Source: Bispira polyomma
Lineage: Eukaryota
Direction of reading: 5' to 3'
Assembly: GCA_965649765.1 (NCBI GenBank)
Contig: OZ287756.1
Location: 48,732,001 to 48,796,000 of the forward strand
DNA: 64,000 bases
Position 1 is the stretch's first letter; every line of letters begins with the position of its first letter. A model generated the notes under the pieces. It saw only the letters and a list, made by a program, of their open reading frames with translations, was not told where the DNA came from and did no database searches. This document shows positions 61,415-64,000 of the stretch, in pieces. Both the position numbers and the translations under genes were made by a program.

Positions 61415-64000
61415 AGTCATACTACTTCCATCAATGATTCAGTAGAGATGACAAGTTTGTTAGCTTTACACTCACACACTGGTCAGTTTGACTAGACTGA
61501 CCACCTAACAAACATGTCAGTCATTTGTCCACTGCTAACTTGGCTGTTGATCCACTCCCACTAGAGATCAGCCACTGATGTGAGAGTGTGTGCTAAGCAC
61601 TAATTGGAATTACTACCTACTTAGTAGTCCAGTGTGGGGGAAGGAGGATTAATTAAGAGGGAGGGATATCTCAATTAAGTGCAATTGTAACTTCAGAAAA
61701 ACAATAATTACATAAATACATTTAAGTTTTAGATATTATGTTAAATTTTTACTATCTGTACATTTCTTGATATCTCACAAAAGAACTCCTTTATCTTTAC
61801 TGATTATTAAAACTCTAATTTGAAAAATTTTAATTATGTTTTTACATAAATGTACCTACGTTTTAGATATTGATTGATAGGGGTGTATTATTGTGTAGAT
61901 ACCTTATTCCCTTCATTTCGATTTCAGTAAAATGTCTGTGAAATATAAAACTTTGTTAATTTTGATAATTACTTGTAATTGTAGATTTCCTATTAAGTAG
62001 ATAACTGTGTCAATTAACAACCACCTGCTATGATATAACTTTTGTTTTTAAAATAGACATACAAGTCCTTTTGTAGCTGGCCAATTTCATATTTTTATGT
62101 TTACTTCTTGTAATAATATAATTCATATTATTACATATTGTTATAATAAAAAAAATAATAAAAATATAAATATATAAAAATCCATTTAAGTAGACCTCTG
62201 TTAAGTTCGTTTTCTATTTTATGTGAAGAAAAACTTGTAGTCCCACAAAAGCTTTCTTAAAACTATCCTGTGAGGTGGAAATCCTGCTTTAGTAGAGGTA
62301 TTTTTTCTGGGACCGTAATCACAGAAGGTCTCAGTCTTAAGTTAGTCTAAAGCTTAAAATGTATGTCTAAAATATTTAAGACTGCCTATTGTTATTCTTA
62401 GTGATCGAAGAACAAAGTTAACAGTAACCAAAATATCTTTACTTACTATCAATTGGACTAAGACCAACAATCTTAACCCTTTTGGCTAAAATCAAATTCT
62501 AAAATCTTGGGCTTAAGACTACGATAAGACTGAGGCCTTTTGTGAATACGGGCCCTGGTCACCATTGAGGTTTAACTTAATGGTGTTCAGCTGTATCTAA
62601 GGGTTTGCATTTCACTCATACTTTTATACATGAATAAATACTAGAAAAGCATCAGGTAATTTAGTAGCCAAGTTTAATTGAGTTTTAAAATAGGCGATAT
62701 AAAACTTATCACAAAGTTCAAGTGAAATTTGTGAAATTAAGACACAGTTAAAAAAGATGTTTTGGTTATCCGCCCTTACTTGAAAATATTTACCTGAAGC
62801 TGTCAGTGTAAGATAAGCAGTGATATGGATCAACCCCTTTAAGTGGCACCTCAAGGGACCAGGAGAAATTCACTACGTAAGCAGCATTTCCACAGGGTAG
62901 GTTTAATATAATAATGATATGTTTTTTTTTTTGTTTTTTTTTTTATAAGTTACCCAGGCCTAAAGCACTCAGCCATTGAGTGACTATTTTCACTCACCCT
63001 TTGCTCCTATCTCACCTGGCTATCACCCATCACTGGCATGGCTAGTAGAACTCTCACCCAGTTTTGGTGGTTTTTTCACATACCAAGAAAATAAGAGTAT
63101 TCTGGTCCACCTAACCAAATACCCTACTACTTACACTAAAGTATCACCACCAATGTGCCACAACAGCACAAGCCTTAAAACCCACATGCGTCTGATGAGC
63201 CTCTCCGGCGAAACTGTGTCCACTCCTACCCACTTATTCCAACCCAGATCTGGGCTTATCTGTAACATCACAGCCTAGTGGAGTGTCTTGCATGATGTCA
63301 TAACTATTACCTGCTATGACATAGTATCACCTAGCAACCTTGCCTGACCTCTCCAGGTGACAAAGGTTTACCTTTGAAAGCTCAAATTTCATTGGTTCAG
63401 GAGCCCAAACACCTAGGTAACCTATCCCAGGACTCATTTCAAGTCTCATTCATCACGGTCACGTATACAGCACACACGTGAATCGGAGTTGTTGTGACAT
63501 TATTGCCACGTTTTCAACCTATAATAATGATATGTGCGCCTTAGAATCCATTTTAATTGAGATAAGGCACTATAACAGTTTGATTAGATTAGATGGATTA
63601 GCTTGTTAAAACAGAAGGTTTTTGTGGGACTACAAATTTGGTTCACATAAAATGAGAAGTTAAATTCACAGAGTTCTACTTAAAGGGGTTTGACTGTACT
63701 ACGAAGATTAAAGGCAACAAGTGTTTTAAATGCTACTTCTACTAAGGCACAAGAGTTGTCCTTAAAAAAAGACTGCGGCGCACATTGTGAAATACACTTA
63801 AGCATTGATATTGGGGGCCACTATATACTCAGGCTTGCTTGACACCCCTACAAATATTGATCTGACACCCCTCAGTTTGGATGGGTCGAATGCTTCTTAC
63901 CAATCCATGAAGGCCTTACATATTATGTTTTCAAGTTGGTAGCGCACTTTTTGGAATGAAAACCATATCAGGCTTTGCCTGATAAAAAGGCCTTGGAGTT

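Noticed and set aside
62976-63278. 100-aa ORF or possible minus-strand exon near the window end
   Set aside because: Non-ATG start, no recognisable motif, and it sits between MITE fragments

Overview
AT-rich metazoan genomic DNA (intron/exon structure, SINEs, MITEs and HINE-type repeats suggest a marine invertebrate, probably a mollusc). It is not prokaryotic and has no CRISPR array. Main contents: (1) an orphan spliced gene on the minus strand (461-3651) and an orphan coding exon (10331-10984). (2) A decayed 8.8-kb Maverick/Polinton (adintovirus-like) element at 12057-20861 with about 400-bp TIRs, AG...CT ends and a perfect 6-bp TSD (TGCACA). It carries integrase, penton, core-like proteins, major capsid, adenain protease and a truncated packaging ATPase, but no pPolB. 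(3) An 11-12-exon BTBD8-like gene (24905-about 39433) in which six exon/intron junctions are tandemly reiterated into the flanking introns, including two frame-preserving 36-nt pseudo-exons. A gag-only LTR element sits in one of the duplicated donors. (4) A cluster of four TATA-driven paralogues of an unrecognised, low-complexity protein family (LTPxRY / STP / DSG-like motifs / basic helix / C-terminal ETLAVL). The three young copies have each independently lost the conserved tail, and one appears chimeric. (5) Many TEs: a Tx1/L1 LINE with a 15-bp TSD, a CR1/L2-like 5' fragment, hAT-like MITEs with 5-bp TSDs, Kolobok-like, piggyBac-like and Tc1-like MITEs, HINEs and tRNA-SINEs.
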